Part shown: positions 1-15,000 of the stretch, piece by piece
Layout of the letters: every line of letters begins with the position of its first letter
Position numbering within the stretch: position 1 is the first letter of the stretch
Assembly (NCBI GenBank): GCA_964016885.1
Contig: OZ024744.1
Location: 76,012,001 to 76,076,000 of the forward strand
Origin: Eledone cirrhosa
Taxonomy: Eukaryota
Direction: 5' to 3'
Length of the DNA: 64,000 nucleotides
Position numbers and translations under genes: made by a program
Notes under the pieces: model-generated
Database searches by the model: none
Told to the model about the DNA's origin: nothing
The model's input: only the letters and a program-made list of their open reading frames with translations

Positions 1-3000
1 GTGTAGGTTTTGACATAGACATCTATATCAAGTGGGACAATCCTATTGTTGGTAGGTGTTGACATAGACATCTATATCAAGTGGGACAGTCCTCTTGTTG
101 GTAGGTGTTGACAGATACATCTATATCAATTGGGACAGTCCTATTGTTGGTAGGTGTTGACATAGACATCTATATCAATTGGGACAGTCCTATTGTTGGT
201 AGGTGTTGACATAGACATCTTTATCAAGTAGGACAATCCTATTGTTGGTAGGTGTTGACAGATACATCTATATAAGTGGGACAGTCCTATTGTGTGTAGG
301 CGTTGACATTGACATCTATATCAAGTGGGACAATCCTATTGTTGGTAGGTGTTGACAGATACATCTATATCAAGTGGGACAGTCCTATAGTTGGTAGGTT
401 TGAAAGATACATTTATATCAAGTGGGACAGTCCTATTGTTGGTAGGTGTTGACAGATATATCTATATCAAGTGGGACAGTCCTATTGTTGGTAGGTGTTG
501 ACATAGATATCTATATCAAGTGGGACAATCCTATTGTTGGTAGGTGTTGACATAGACATCTATATCAAGTGGGATAGTCCTATCGTTGGTAGGTGTTGAC
601 AGATACATCTATATCAAGTGGGACAGCCCTATTGTTGGTAGGTGTTGACAGATACATCGATATCAAGTGGGACAATCCTATTGTTGGTAGGTGTTGACAG
701 ATACATCTATATCAAGTGGGACAGTCCTATTGTTGGTAGGTGTTGACAGATACATCTATATCAAGTGGGACAGTCCTATTGTTGGTAGGTGTTGACAGAT
801 ACATCTATATCAAGTGGGACAGTCCTATTGTTGGTAGGTGTTGACAGATATATCTATATCAAGTGGGACAGTCCTATTGTTGGTAGGTGTTGACATAGAT
901 ATCTATATCAAGTGGGACAATCCTATTGTTGGTAGGTGTTGACATAGACATCTATATCAAGTGGGATAGTCCTATCGTTGGTAGGTGTTGACAGATACAT
1001 CTATATCAAGTGGGACAGCCCTATTGTTGGTAGGTGTTGACAGATACATCGATATCAAGTGGGACAATCCTATTGTTGGTAGGTGTTGACAGATACATCT
1101 ATATCAAGTGGGACAGTCCTATTGTTGGTAGGTGTTGACAGATACATCTATATCAAGTGGGACAGTCCTATTGTTGGTAGGTGTTGACAGATACATCTAT
1201 ATCAAGTGGGACAGTCCTATTGTTGGTAGGTGTTGACATAGACATGTATATCAAGTGGGACAGTCCTATTGTTGGTAGGTGTTGACATAGACATCTATAT
1301 CAAGTGGGACAATCCTATTGTTGGTAGGTGTTGACAGATACATCTATAACAAGTGGGACAGTCCTAGTGTTGTTAGGTGTTGACATTGATATCTATATCA
1401 ATTGGGACAGTCCTATTGTTGGTAGGTGTTTACATAGACATCTATATCAAGTGGGCCAGTCCTATTGTTGGTAGGTGTTGACAGATACATCTATATTAAG
1501 TGGGACAGGCCTATTGTTGGTAGGTGTTGACATAGACATCTATATCAAGTGGGACAGTCCTATTGTTGGTAGGTGTTGACATAGACATCTATATCAAGTG
1601 GGACAATCCTATTGTTGGTAGGTGTTGACAGATACATCTATATCAAGTGGGACAGTCCTATTGTTGGTAGAGGTTGACAGATATATCTATATCAAGTGGG
1701 ACATTCCTATTGTTGGTAGGTGTTGACAGATACATCTATATCAAGTGGGACGGACCTATTGTTGGTAGGTGTTGTCAGATACATCTATATCAAGTGGGAC
1801 AGTCCTATTGTTGGTAGGTTTTGACAGATACATCTATATCAAGTGGGACAGTCCTATTGTTGGTAGGTGTTGACATAGACATCTATATCAAGTGGGACAA
1901 TCCTATTGTTGGTAGGTGTTGACAGATACATCTATATAAGTGGGACAGTCCTATTGTGTGTAGGTGTTGACAGATACATCTATATCAAGTGGGACAGTCC
2001 TATTTTTGGTAGGTGTTGACAAATACATCTATATGAAGTGGGACAGTCCTATTGTTAGTAGGTGTTGACATAGACATCTATATAAAGTGGGATAGTCCTA
2101 TTGTTGGTAGGTGTTGACAGATACATCTATATCAAATGGGACAGTCCTATTGTTGGTAGGTGTTGACATAGACATCTATATCAAGTGGGACAGTCCTATT
2201 GTTGGTAGGTGTTGACAGATACATCTATATCAAGTGGGACAGTCCTATTGTTGGTAGGTGTTGACATAGACATCTATATCAAGTGGGACAATCCTATTGT
2301 TGGTAGGTGTTGACAGATACATCTATATAAGTGGCACAGTCCTATTGTGTGTAGGTGTTGACAGATACATCTATATCAAGTGGGACAGTCCTATTTTTGG
2401 TAGGTGTTGACAAATACATCTATATGAAGTGGGACAGTCCTATTGTTAGTAGGTGTTGACATAGACATCTATATAAAGTGGGATAGTCCTATTGTTGGTA
2501 GGTGTTGACAGATACATCTATATCAAATGGGACAGTCCTATTGTGTGTAAGTGTTGACATAGACATCTATATCAAGTGGGACAGTCCTCTTGTTGGTAGG
2601 TGTTGACATAGACATCTATATCAAGTGGGACAGTCCTATTGTTGGTAGGTGTTGACATAGACATCTTTATCAAGTAGGACAATCCTATTGTTGGTAGGTG
2701 TTGACAGATACATCTATATCAAGTGGGACAGTCCTATTTTTCGTAGGTGTTGACAGATACATCTATATGAAGTGGGACAGTCCTATTGTTAGTAGGTGTT
2801 GACATAGACATCTATATAAAGTGGGAAAGTCTTCTTCTTGGTAGGTGTTGACAGATACATCTATATCAAGTGGGACAGTCCTATTGTTGGTAGGTGTTGA
2901 CATAGACATCTATATCAAGTGGGACAATCCTATTGTTGGTAGGTGTTGACAGATACATCTATATAAGTGGGACAGTCCTATTGTGTGTAGGTTTTGACAT

Positions 3001-6000
3001 AGACATCTATATCAAGTGGGACAATCCTATTGTTGGTAGGTGTTGACATAGACATCTATATCAAGTGGGACAGTCCTCTTGTTGGTAGGTGTTGACAGAT
3101 ACATCTATATCAATTGGGACAGTCCTATTGTTGGTAGGTGTTGACATAGACATCTATATCAATTGGGAAAGTCCTATTGTTGGTAGGTGTTGACATAGAC
3201 ATCTTTATCAAGTAGGACAATCCTATTGTTGGTAGGTGTTGACAGATACATCTATATAAGTGGGACAGTCCTATTGTGTATAGGCGTTGACATTGACATC
3301 TATATCAAGTGGGACAATCCTATTGTTGGTAGGTGTTGACATAGACATCTATATCAAATGGGACAGTCCTATTGTTGGTAGGTGTTGACATAGACATCTA
3401 TATCAAGTGGGACAGTCCTATTGTTGGTAGGTGTTGACAGATACATCTATATCAAGTGGGACAGTCCTATTGTTGGTAGGTGTTGACATAGACATCTATA
3501 TCAAGTGGGACAATCCTATTGTTGGTAGGTGTTGACAGATACATCTATATAAGTGGGACAGTCCTATTGTGTGTAGGTGTTGACAGATACATCTATATCA
3601 AGTGGGACAGTCCTATTTTTGGTAGGTGTTGACAAATACATCTATATGAAGTGGGACAGTCCTATTGTTAGTAGGTGTTGACATAGACATCTATATAAAG
3701 TGGGATAGTCCTATTGTTGGTAGGTGTTGACAGATACATCTATATCAAATGGGACAGTCCTATTGTGTGTAAGTGTTGACATAGACATCTATATCAAGTG
3801 GGACAGTCCTCTTGTTGGTAGGTGTTGACATAGACATCTATATCAAGTGGGACAGTCCTATTGTTGGTAGGTGTTGACATAGACATCTTTATCAAGTAGG
3901 ACAATCCTATTGTTGGTAGGTGTTGACAGATACATCTATATCAAGTGGGACAGTCCTATTTTTCGTAGGTGTTGACAGATACATCTATATGAAGTGGGAC
4001 AGTCCTATTGTTAGTAGGTGTTGACATAGACATCTATATAAAGTGGGAAAGTCTTCTTCTTGGTAGGTGTTGACAGATACATCTATATCAAGTGGGACAG
4101 TCCTATTGTTGGTAGGTGTTGACATAGACATCTATATCAAGTGGGACAATCCTATTGTTGGTAGGTGTTGACAGATACATCTATATAAGTGGGACAGTCC
4201 TATTGTGTGTAGGTTTTGACATAGACATCTATATCAAGTGGGACAATCCTATTGTTGGTAGGTGTTGACATAGACATCTATATCAAGTGGGACAGTCTTC
4301 TTGTTGGTAGGTGTTGACAGATACATCTATATCAATTGGGACAGTCCTATTGTTGGTAGGTGTTGACATAGACATCTATATCAATTGGGACAGTCCTATT
4401 GTTGGTAGGTGTTGACATAGACATCTTTATCAAGTAGGACAATCCTATTGTTGGTAGGTGTTGACAGATACATCTATATAAGTGGGACAGTCCTATTGTG
4501 TGTAGGCGTTGACATTGACATCTATATCAAGTGGGACAATCCTATTGTTGGTAGGTGTTGACAGATACATCTATATCAAGTGGGACAGTCCTATAGTTGG
4601 TAGGTTTGAAAGATACATTTATATCAAGTGGGACAGTCCTATTGTTGGTAGGTGTTGACAGATATATCTATATCAAGTGGGACAGTCCTATAGTTGGTAG
4701 GTGTTGACATAGATATCTATATCAAGTGGGACAATCCTATTGTTGGTAGGTGTTGACATAGACATCTATATCAAGTGGGATAGTCCTATCGTTGGTAGGT
4801 GTTGACAGATACATCTATATCAAGTGGGACAGCCCTATTGTTGGTAGGTGTTGACAGATACATCGATATCAAGTGGGACAATCCTATTGTTGGTAGGTGT
4901 TGACAGATACATCTATATCAATTGGGACAGTCCTATTGTTGGTAGGTGTTGACAGATACATCTATATCAAGTGGGACAGTCCTATTGTTGGTAGGTGTTG
5001 ACAGATACATCTATATCAAGTGGGACAGTCCTATTGTTGGTAGGTGTTGACATAGACATGTATATCAAGTGGGACAGTCCTATTGTTGGTAGGTGTTGAC
5101 ATAGACATCTATATCAAGTGGGACAATCCTATTGTTGGTAGGTGTTGACAGATATATCTATATCAAGTGGGACAGTCCTATTGTTGGTAGGTGTTGACAG
5201 ATACATCTATATCAAGTGGGACAGTCCTCTTGTTGGTAGGTGTTGACAGATACATCTATATGAAGTGGGACAGTCCTATTGTTGGTAGGTGTTGACATAG
5301 ACATCTATATAAAGTGGGATAGTCCTATTGTTGGTAGGTGTTGACAGATACATCTATAACAAATGGGACAGTCCTACTGTGTGTAAGTGTTGACATAGAC
5401 ATCTATATCAAGTGGGACAGTCCTCTTGTTGGTAGGTGTTGACATAGACATCTATATCAAGTGGGACAGTCCTATTGTTGGTAGGTGTTGACATAGACAT
5501 CTATATCAAGTGGGACAGTCCTATTGTTGGTAGGTGTTGACATAGACATCTATATCAAGTGGGACAATCCTATTGTTGGTAGGTGTTGACAGATACATCT
5601 ATATAAGTGGGACAATCCTATTGTGTGTAGGTGGTGACATAGACATCTATATCAAGTGGGACAATCCTATTGTTGGTAGGTGTTGACAGATACATCTATA
5701 TCAAGTGGGACAGTCCTATTGTTGGTAGAGGTTGACAGATATATCTATATCAAGTGGGACATTCCTATTGTTGGTAGGTGTTGACAGATACATCTATATC
5801 AAGTGGGACGGACCTATTGTTGGTAGGTGTTGTCAGATACATCTATATCAAGTGGGACAGTCCTATTGTTGGTAGGTGTTGACATAGACATCTATATCAA
5901 GTGGGACAGTCCTATTGTTGGTAGGTGTTGACATAGACATCTATATCAAGTGGGACAATCCTATTGTTGGTAGGTGTTGACAGATACATCTATATAAGTG

Positions 6001-9000
6001 GGACAGTCCTATTGTGTGTAGGTGTTGACAGATACATCTATATAAAGTGGGATAGTCCTATTGTTGGTAGGTGTTGACAGATACATCTATATCAAATGGG
6101 ACAGTCCTATTGTGTGTAAGTGTTGACATAGACATCTATATCAAGTGGGACAGTCCTCTTGTTGGTAGGTGTTGACATAGACATCTATATCAAGTGGGAC
6201 AGTCCTATTGTTGGTAGGTGTTGACATAGACATCTTTATCAAGTAGGACAATCCTATTGTTGTTAGGTGTTGACAGATACATCTATATAAGTGGGACAAT
6301 CCTATTATGTGTAGGCGTTGACATTGACATCTATATCAAGTGGGACAATCCTATTGTTGGTAGGTGTTGACAGATACATCTATATCAAGTGGGACAGTCC
6401 TATTGTTGGTAGGTGTTGACAGATACATCTATATCAAGTGGGACAGTCCTATTTTTCGTAGGTGTTGACAGATACATCTATATGAAGTGGGACAGTCCTA
6501 TTGTTAGTAGGTGTTGACATAGACATCTATATAAAGTGGGAAAGTCTTCTTCTTGGTAGGTGTTGACAGATACATCTATATCAAGTGGGACAGTCCTATT
6601 GTTGGTAGGTGTTGACATAGACATCTATATCAAGTGGGACAATCCTATTGTTGGTAGGTGTTGACAGATACATCTATATAAGTGGGACAGTCCTATTGTG
6701 TGTAGGTTTTGACATAGACATCTATATCAAGTGGGACAATCCTATTGTTGGTAGGTGTTGACATAGACATCTATATCAAGTGGGACAGTCCTCTTGTTGG
6801 TAGGTGTTGACAGATACATCTATATCAATTGGGACAGTCCTATTGTTGGTAGGTGTTGACATAGACATCTATATCAATTGGGACAGTCCTATTGTTGGTA
6901 GGTGTTGACATAGACATCTTTATCAAGTAGGACAATCCTATTGTTGGTAGGTGTTGACAGATACATCTATATAAGTGGCACAGTCCTATTGTGTGTAGGC
7001 GTTGACATTGACATCTATATCAAGTGGGACAATCCTATTGTTGGTAGGTGTTGACAGATACATCTATATCAAGTGGGACAGTCCTATAGTTGGTAGGTTT
7101 GAAAGATACATTTATATCAAGTGGGACAGTCCTATTGTTGGTAGGTGTTGACAGATATATCTATATCAAGTGGGACAGTCCTATTGTTGGTAGGTGTTGA
7201 CATAGATATCTATATCAAGTGGGACAATCCTATTGTTGGTAGGTGTTGACATAGACATCTATATCAAGTGGGATAGTCCTATCGTTGGTAGGTGTTGACA
7301 GATACATCTATATCAAGTGGGACAGCCCTATTGTTGGTAGGTGTTGACAGATACATCGATATCAAGTGGGACAATCCTATTGTTGGTAGGTGTTGACAGA
7401 TACATCTATATCAAGTGGGACAGTCCTATTGTTGGTAGGTGTTGACAGATACATCTATATCAAGTGGGACAGTCCTATTGTTGGTAGGTGTTGACAGATA
7501 CATCTATATCAAGTGGGACAGTCCTATTGTTGTTAGGTGTTGACATAGACATGTATATCAAGTGGGACAGTCCTATTGTTGGTAGGTGTTGACATAGACA
7601 TCTATATCAAGTGGGACAATCCTATTGTTGGTAGGTGTTGACAGATATATCTATATCAAGTGGGACAGTCCTATTGTTGGTAGGTGTTGACAGATACATC
7701 TATATCAAGTGGGACAGTCCTCTTGTTGGTAGGTGTTGACAGATACATCTATATGAAGTGGGACAGTCCTATTGTTGGTAGGTGTTGACATAGACATCTA
7801 TATAAAGTAGGATAGTCCTATTGTTGGTAGGTGTTGACAGATACATCTATATCAAATGGGACAGTCCTACTGTGTGTAAGTGTTGACATAGACATCTATA
7901 TCAAGTGGGACAGTCCTCTTGTTGGTAGGTGTTGACATAGACATCTATATCAAGTGGGACAGTCCTATTGTTGGTAGGTGTTGACATAGACATCTATATC
8001 AAGTGGGACAGTCCTATTGTTGGTAGGTGTTGACATAGACATCTATATCAAGTGGGACAATCCTATTATTGGTAGGTGTTGACAGATACATCTATATCAA
8101 GTGGGACAGTCCTATTGTTGGTAGGTGTTGACAGATATATCTATATCAAGTGGGACAATCCTATTGTTGGTAGGTGTTGACAGATACATCTATATAAGTG
8201 GGACAATCCTATTGTGTGTAGGTGGTGACATAGACATCTATATCAAGTGGGACAATCCTATTGTTGGTAGGTGTTGACATAGAAATCTATATCAAGTGGG
8301 ACAGTCCTCTTGTTGGTAGGTTGTGACAGATACATCTATATCAATTGCGACAGTCCTATTGTTGGTAGGTGTTGACATAGACATCTATATCAAGTGGGAC
8401 AATCCTATTATTGGTAGGTGTTGACAGATACATCTATATCAAATGGGACAGTCCTATTGTTGGTAGGTGTTGACAGATATATCTATATCAAGTAGGACAG
8501 TCCTATTGTTGGTAGGTGTTGACAGATACATCTATATCAAGTGGGACAGTCCTATTGTTGGTAGGTGTTGACATAGACGTCTATATCAAGTGGGACAGTC
8601 CTATTGTTGGTAGGTGTTGACAGATACATCTATATCAAGTGGGATAGTCCTATTGTTGGTAGGTGTTGACAGATACATCTATATAAGTGGGACAGTCCTA
8701 TTGTGTGTAAGTGTTGAATTAGACATCTATATCAAGTGGGACAGTCCTCTTGTTGGTAGGTGTTGACATAGACATCTATATCAAGTGGGAGAGTCCTATT
8801 GTTGGTAGGTGTTGACATAGACATCTATATCAAGTGGGACAGTCCTATTGTTGGTAGGTGTTGACAGATACATCTATATCAAGTAGGACAGTCCTATTGT
8901 TGGTAGGTGTTGACATAGACATCTATATCAAGTGGGACAATCCTATTGTTGGTAGGTGTTGACGGATACATCTATAACAAGTGGGACAGTCCTATTGTTG

Positions 9001-12000
9001 TTAGGTGTTGACATTGACATCTATATCAATTGGGACAGTCCTATTGTTGGTAGGTGTTTACATAGACATCTATATCAAGTGGGCCAGTCCTATTGTTGGT
9101 AGGTGTTGACAGATACATCTATATTAAGTGGGACAGGCCTATTGTTGGTAGGTGTTGACATAGACATCTATATCAAGTGGGACAGTCCTATTGTTGGTAG
9201 GTGTTGACATAGACATCTATATCAAGTGGGACAATCCTATTGTTGGTAGGTGTTGACAGATACATCTATATCAAGTGGGACAGTCCTATTGTTGGTAGAG
9301 GTTGACAGATATATCTATATCAAGTGGGACAGTCCTATTGTTGGTAGGTGTTGACAGATACATCTATATCAAGTGGGACGGACCTATTGTTGGTAGGTGT
9401 TGTCAGATATATCTATATCAAGTGGGACAGTCCTATTGTTGGTAGGTGTTGACATAGACATCTATATCAAGTTGGACAGTCCTATTGTTGGTAGGTTTTG
9501 ACAGATACATCTATATCAAGTGGGACAGTCCTATTGTTGGTAGGTGTTGACATAGACATCTAAATCAAGTGGGACAGTCCTATTGTTGGTAGGTGTTGAC
9601 ATAGACATCTATATCAAAAGGGACAGTCCTATTGTTGGTAGGTGTTGGCGGATATATCTATATCAAGTGGGACAGTCCTATTGTTGGTAGCTGTTGACAT
9701 AGACATCTATGTCAAGTGGGACAATCCTATTGTTGGTAGGTGTTGACAGATACATCTATATCAAGTGGGACAGTGCTATTGTTGGAAGGTGTTGACATAG
9801 ACATCTATATCAAGTGGGACAGTCCTATTGTTGGTAGGTGTTGACATAGACATCTATATAGAGTAGGACAGGCCTATTGTTGGTAGGTGTTGACATAGAC
9901 ATCTATATCAAAAGGGACAGTCCTACTGTTGGTAGGTGTTGACAGATACATCTATATCAAGTGGGACAGTGCTATTGTTGGTAGGTGTTGACATAGACAT
10001 ATATATCAAGTGGGACAGTCCTATTGTTGGTAGGTGTTGACATAGACATCTATATCAAGTGGGACAGTCCTCTTGTTGGTAGGTGTTGACAGATACATCT
10101 ATATCAAGTGGGAGTGTCCTATTGTTGGTAGGTGTTGACATAGACATCTATATCAAGTGGGACAATCCGATTGTTGGTAGGTGTTGACAGATACATCTAT
10201 ATAAGTGGGACAGTCCTATTGTGTGTAGGTGTTGACAAAGACATCTATATCAAGTGGGACAATCCTATTGTTGGTAGGTGTTGACATAGACATCTATATC
10301 AAGTGGGACAGTCCTATTGTTGGTAGGTGTTGACAGATACATCTATATCAAGTGGGACAGTCCTATTGTTGGTAGGTGTTGACAGATACATCTATATCAA
10401 GTGGGACAGTCCTATTTTTCGTAGGTGTTGACAGATACATCTATATGAAGTGGGACAGTCCTATTGTTAGTAGGTGTTGACATAGACATCTATATAAAGT
10501 GGGAAAGTCTTCTTCTTGGTAGGTGTTGACAGATACATCTATATCAAGTGGGACAGTCCTATTGTTGGTAGGTGTTGACATAGACATCTATATCAAGTGG
10601 GACAATCCTATTGTTGGTAGGTGTTGACAGATACATCTATATAAGTGGGACAGTCCTATTGTGTGTAGGTTTTGACATAGACATCTATATCAAGTGGGAC
10701 AATCCTATTGTTGGTAGGTGTTGACATAGACATCTATATCAAGTGGGACAGTCCTCTTGTTGGTAGGTGTTGACAGATACATCTATATCAATTGGGACAG
10801 TCCTATTGTTGGTAGGTGTTGACATAGACATCTATATCAATTGGGACAGTCCTATTGTTGGTAGGTGTTGACATAGACATCTTTATCAAGTAGGACAATC
10901 CTATTGTTGGTAGGTGTTGACAGATACATCTATATAAGTGGGACAGTCCTATTGTGTGTAGGCGTTGACATTGACATCTATATCAAGTGGGACAATCCTA
11001 TTGTTGGTAGGTGTTGACAGATACATCTATATCAAGTGGGACAGTCCTATAGTTGGTAGGTTTGAAAGATACATTTATATCAAGTGGGACAGTCCTATTG
11101 TTGGTAGGTGTTGACAGATATATCTATATCAAGTGGGACAATCCTATTGTTGGTAGGTGTTGACATAGACATCTATATCAAGTGGGATAGTCCTATCGTT
11201 GGTAGGTGTTGACAGATACATCTATATCAAGTGGGACAGCCCTATTGTTGGTAGGTGTTGACAGATACATCGATATCAAGTGGGACAATCCTATTGTTGG
11301 TAGGTGTTGACAGATACATCTATATCAAGTGGGACAGTCCTATTGTTGGTAGGTGTTGACAGATACATCTATATCAAGTGGGACAGTCCTATTGTTGGTA
11401 GGTGTTGACAGATACATCTATATCAAGTGGGACAGTCCTATTGTTGTTAGGTGTTGACATAGACATGTATATCAAGTGGGACAGTCCTATTGTTGTTAGG
11501 TGTTGACATAGACATCTATATCAAGTGGGACAGTCCTATTGTTAGTAGGTGTTGACATAGACATCTATATCAAGTGGGACAATCCTATTGTTGGTAGGTG
11601 TTGACAGATATATCTATATCAAGTGGGACAGTCCTATTGTTGGTAGGTGTTGACAGATACATCTATATCAAGTGGGACAGTCCTCTTGTTGGTAGGTGTT
11701 GACAGATACATCTATATGAAGTGGGACAGTCCTATTGTTGGTAGGTGTTGACATAGACATCTATATAAAGTAGGATAGTCCTATTGTTGGTAGGTGTTGA
11801 CAGATACATCTATATCAAATGGGACAGTCCTACTGTGTGTAAGTGTTGACATAGACATCTATATCAAGTGGGACAGTCCTCTTGTTGGTAGGTGTTGACA
11901 TAGACATCTATATCAAGTGGGACAGTCCTATTGTTGGTAGGTGTTGACATAGACATCTATATCAAGTGGGACAGTCCTATTGTTGGTAGGTGTTGACATA

Positions 12001-15000
12001 GACATCTATATCAAGTGGGACAATCCTATTGTTGGTAGGTGTTGACAGATACATCTATATAAGTGGGACAATCCTATTGTGTGTAGGTGGTGACATAGAC
12101 ATCTATATCAAGTGGGACAATCCTATTGTTGGTAGGTGTTGACATAGACATCTATATCAAGTGGGACAGTCCTATTGTTGGTAGGTGTTGATATAGACAT
12201 CTATATCAATTGGGACAGTCCTCTTGTTGGTAGGTTGTGACAGATACATCTATATCAATTGCGACAGTCCTATTGTTGGTAGGTGTTGACATAGACATCT
12301 ATATCAAGTGGGACAATCCTATTATTGGTAGGTGTTGACAGATACATCTATATCAAGTGGGACAGTCCTATTGTTGGTAGGTGTTGACAGATATATCTAT
12401 ATCAAGTAGGACAGTCCTATTGTTGGTAGGTGTTGACAGATACATCTATATCAAGTGGGACAGTCCTATTGTTGGTAGGTGTTGACATAGACGTCTATAT
12501 CAAGTGGGACAGTCCTATTGTTGGTAGGTGTTGACAGATACATCTATATCAAGTGGGATAGTCCTATTGTTGGTAGGTGTTGACAGATACATCTATATAA
12601 GTGGGACAGTCCTATTGTGTGTAAGTGTTGAATTAGACATCTATATCAAGTGGGACAGTCCTCTTGTTGGTAGGTGTTGACATAGACATCTATATCAAGT
12701 GGGAGAGTCCTATTGTTGGTAGGTGTTGACATAGACATCTATATCAAGTGGGACAGTCCTATTGTTGGTAGGTGTTGACAGATACATCTATATCAAGTAG
12801 GACAGTCCTATTGTTGGTAGGTGTTGACATAGACATCTATATCAAGTGGGACAATCCTATTGTTGGTAGGTGTTGACAGATACATCTATAACAAGTGGGA
12901 CAGTCCTATTGTTGTTAGGTGTTGACATTGACATCTATATCAATTGGGACAGTCCTATTGTTGGTAGGTGTTTACATAGACATCTATATCAAGTGGGCCA
13001 GTCCTATTGTTGGTAGGTGTTGACAGATACATCTATATTAAGTGGGACAGGCCTATTGTTGGTAGGTGTTGACATAGACATCTATATCAAGTGGGACAGT
13101 CCTATTGTTGGTAGGTGTTGACATAGACATCTATATCAAGTGGGACAATCCTATTGTTGGTAGGTGTTGACAGATACATCTATATCAAGTGGGACAGTCC
13201 TATTGTTGGTAGAGGTTGACAGATATATCTATATCAAGTGGGACAGTCCTATTGTTGGTAGGTGTTGACAGATACATCTATATCAAGTGGGACGGACCTA
13301 TTGTTGGTAGGTGTTGTCAGATATATCTATATCAAGTGGGACAGTCCTATTGTTGGTAGGTGTTGACATAGACATCTATATCAAGTTGGACAGTCCTATT
13401 GTTGGTAGGTTTTGACAGATACATCTATATCAAGTGGGACAGTCCTATTGTTGGTAGGTGTTGACATAGACATCTAAATCAAGTGGGACAGTCCTATTGT
13501 TGGTAGGTGTTGACATAGACATCTATATCAAAAGGGACAGTCCTATTGTTGGTAGGTGTTGGCGGATATATCTATATCAAGTGGGACAGTCCTATTGTTG
13601 GTAGCTGTTGACATAGACATCTATATCAAGTGGGACAATCCTATTGTTGGTAGGTGTTGACAGATACATCTATATCAAGTGGGACAGTGCTATTGTTGGA
13701 AGGTGTTGACATAGACATCTATATCAAGTGGGACAGTCCTATTGTTGGTAGGTGTTGACATAGACATCTATATAGAGTAGGACAGGCCTATTGTTGGTAG
13801 GTGTTGACATAGACATCTATATCAAAAGGGACAGTCCTACTGTTGGTAGGTGTTGACAGATACATCTATATCAAGTGGGACAGTGCTATTGTTGGTAGGT
13901 GTTGACATAGACATATATATCAAGTGGGACAGTCCTATTGTTGGTAGGTGTTGACATAGACATCTATATCAAGTGGGACAGTCCTCTTGTTGGTAGGTGT
14001 TGACAGATACATCTATATCAAGTGGGAGTGTCCTATTGTTGGTAGGTGTTGACATAGACATCTATATCAAGTGGGACAATCCGATTGTTGGTAGGTGTTG
14101 ACAGATACATCTATATAAGTGGGACAGTCCTATTGTGTGTAGGTGTTGACAAAGACATCTATATCAAGTGGGACAATCCTATTGTTGGTAGGTGTTGACA
14201 TAGACATCTATATCAAGTGGGACAGTCCTCTTGTTGGTAGGTGTTGACAGATACAATTATATCAATTGGGACAGTCCTATTGTTGGTAGGTGTTGACATA
14301 GACATCTATATCAATTGGGACAGTCCTATTGTTGGTAGGTGTTGACAGATACATCTATATCAAGTGGGACAGTTCTATTGTTGGTAGGTGTTGACAGATA
14401 CATCTACATCAAGTGGGACAGTCCTATTGTTGGTAGGTGTTGACAGATATATCTATATCAAGTGGGACAGTCCTATTGCTGTTAGGTGTTGACATAGATA
14501 TCTATATCAAGTTGGACAATCCTATAGTTGGTAGGTGTTGACATAGACATCTATATCAAGTGGGTCAGTCCTATTGTTGGTAGGTGTTGACATAGACATC
14601 TATATCAAGTGGGACAGTCCTATTGTTGGTAGGTGTTGACAGATACATCTATATCAAGTGGGACAGTCCTATAGTTGGTAGGTTTGAAATATACATCTAT
14701 ATCAAGTGGGACAGTCCTATTGTTGGTAGGTGTTGACAGATATATCTATATCAAGTGGGACAGTCCTATTGTTGGTAGGTGTTGACATAGATATCTATAT
14801 CAAGTGGGACAATCCTATTGTTGGTAGGTGTTGACATAGATATCTATATCAAGTGGGATAGTCCTATTGTTGGTAGGTGTTGACATAGACATCTATATCA
14901 AGTGGGACAATCCTATTGTTGGTAGGTGTTGACAGATACATCTATATCAAGTGGGACAGTCCTATTGTTGGTAGAGGTTGACAGATATATCTATATCAAG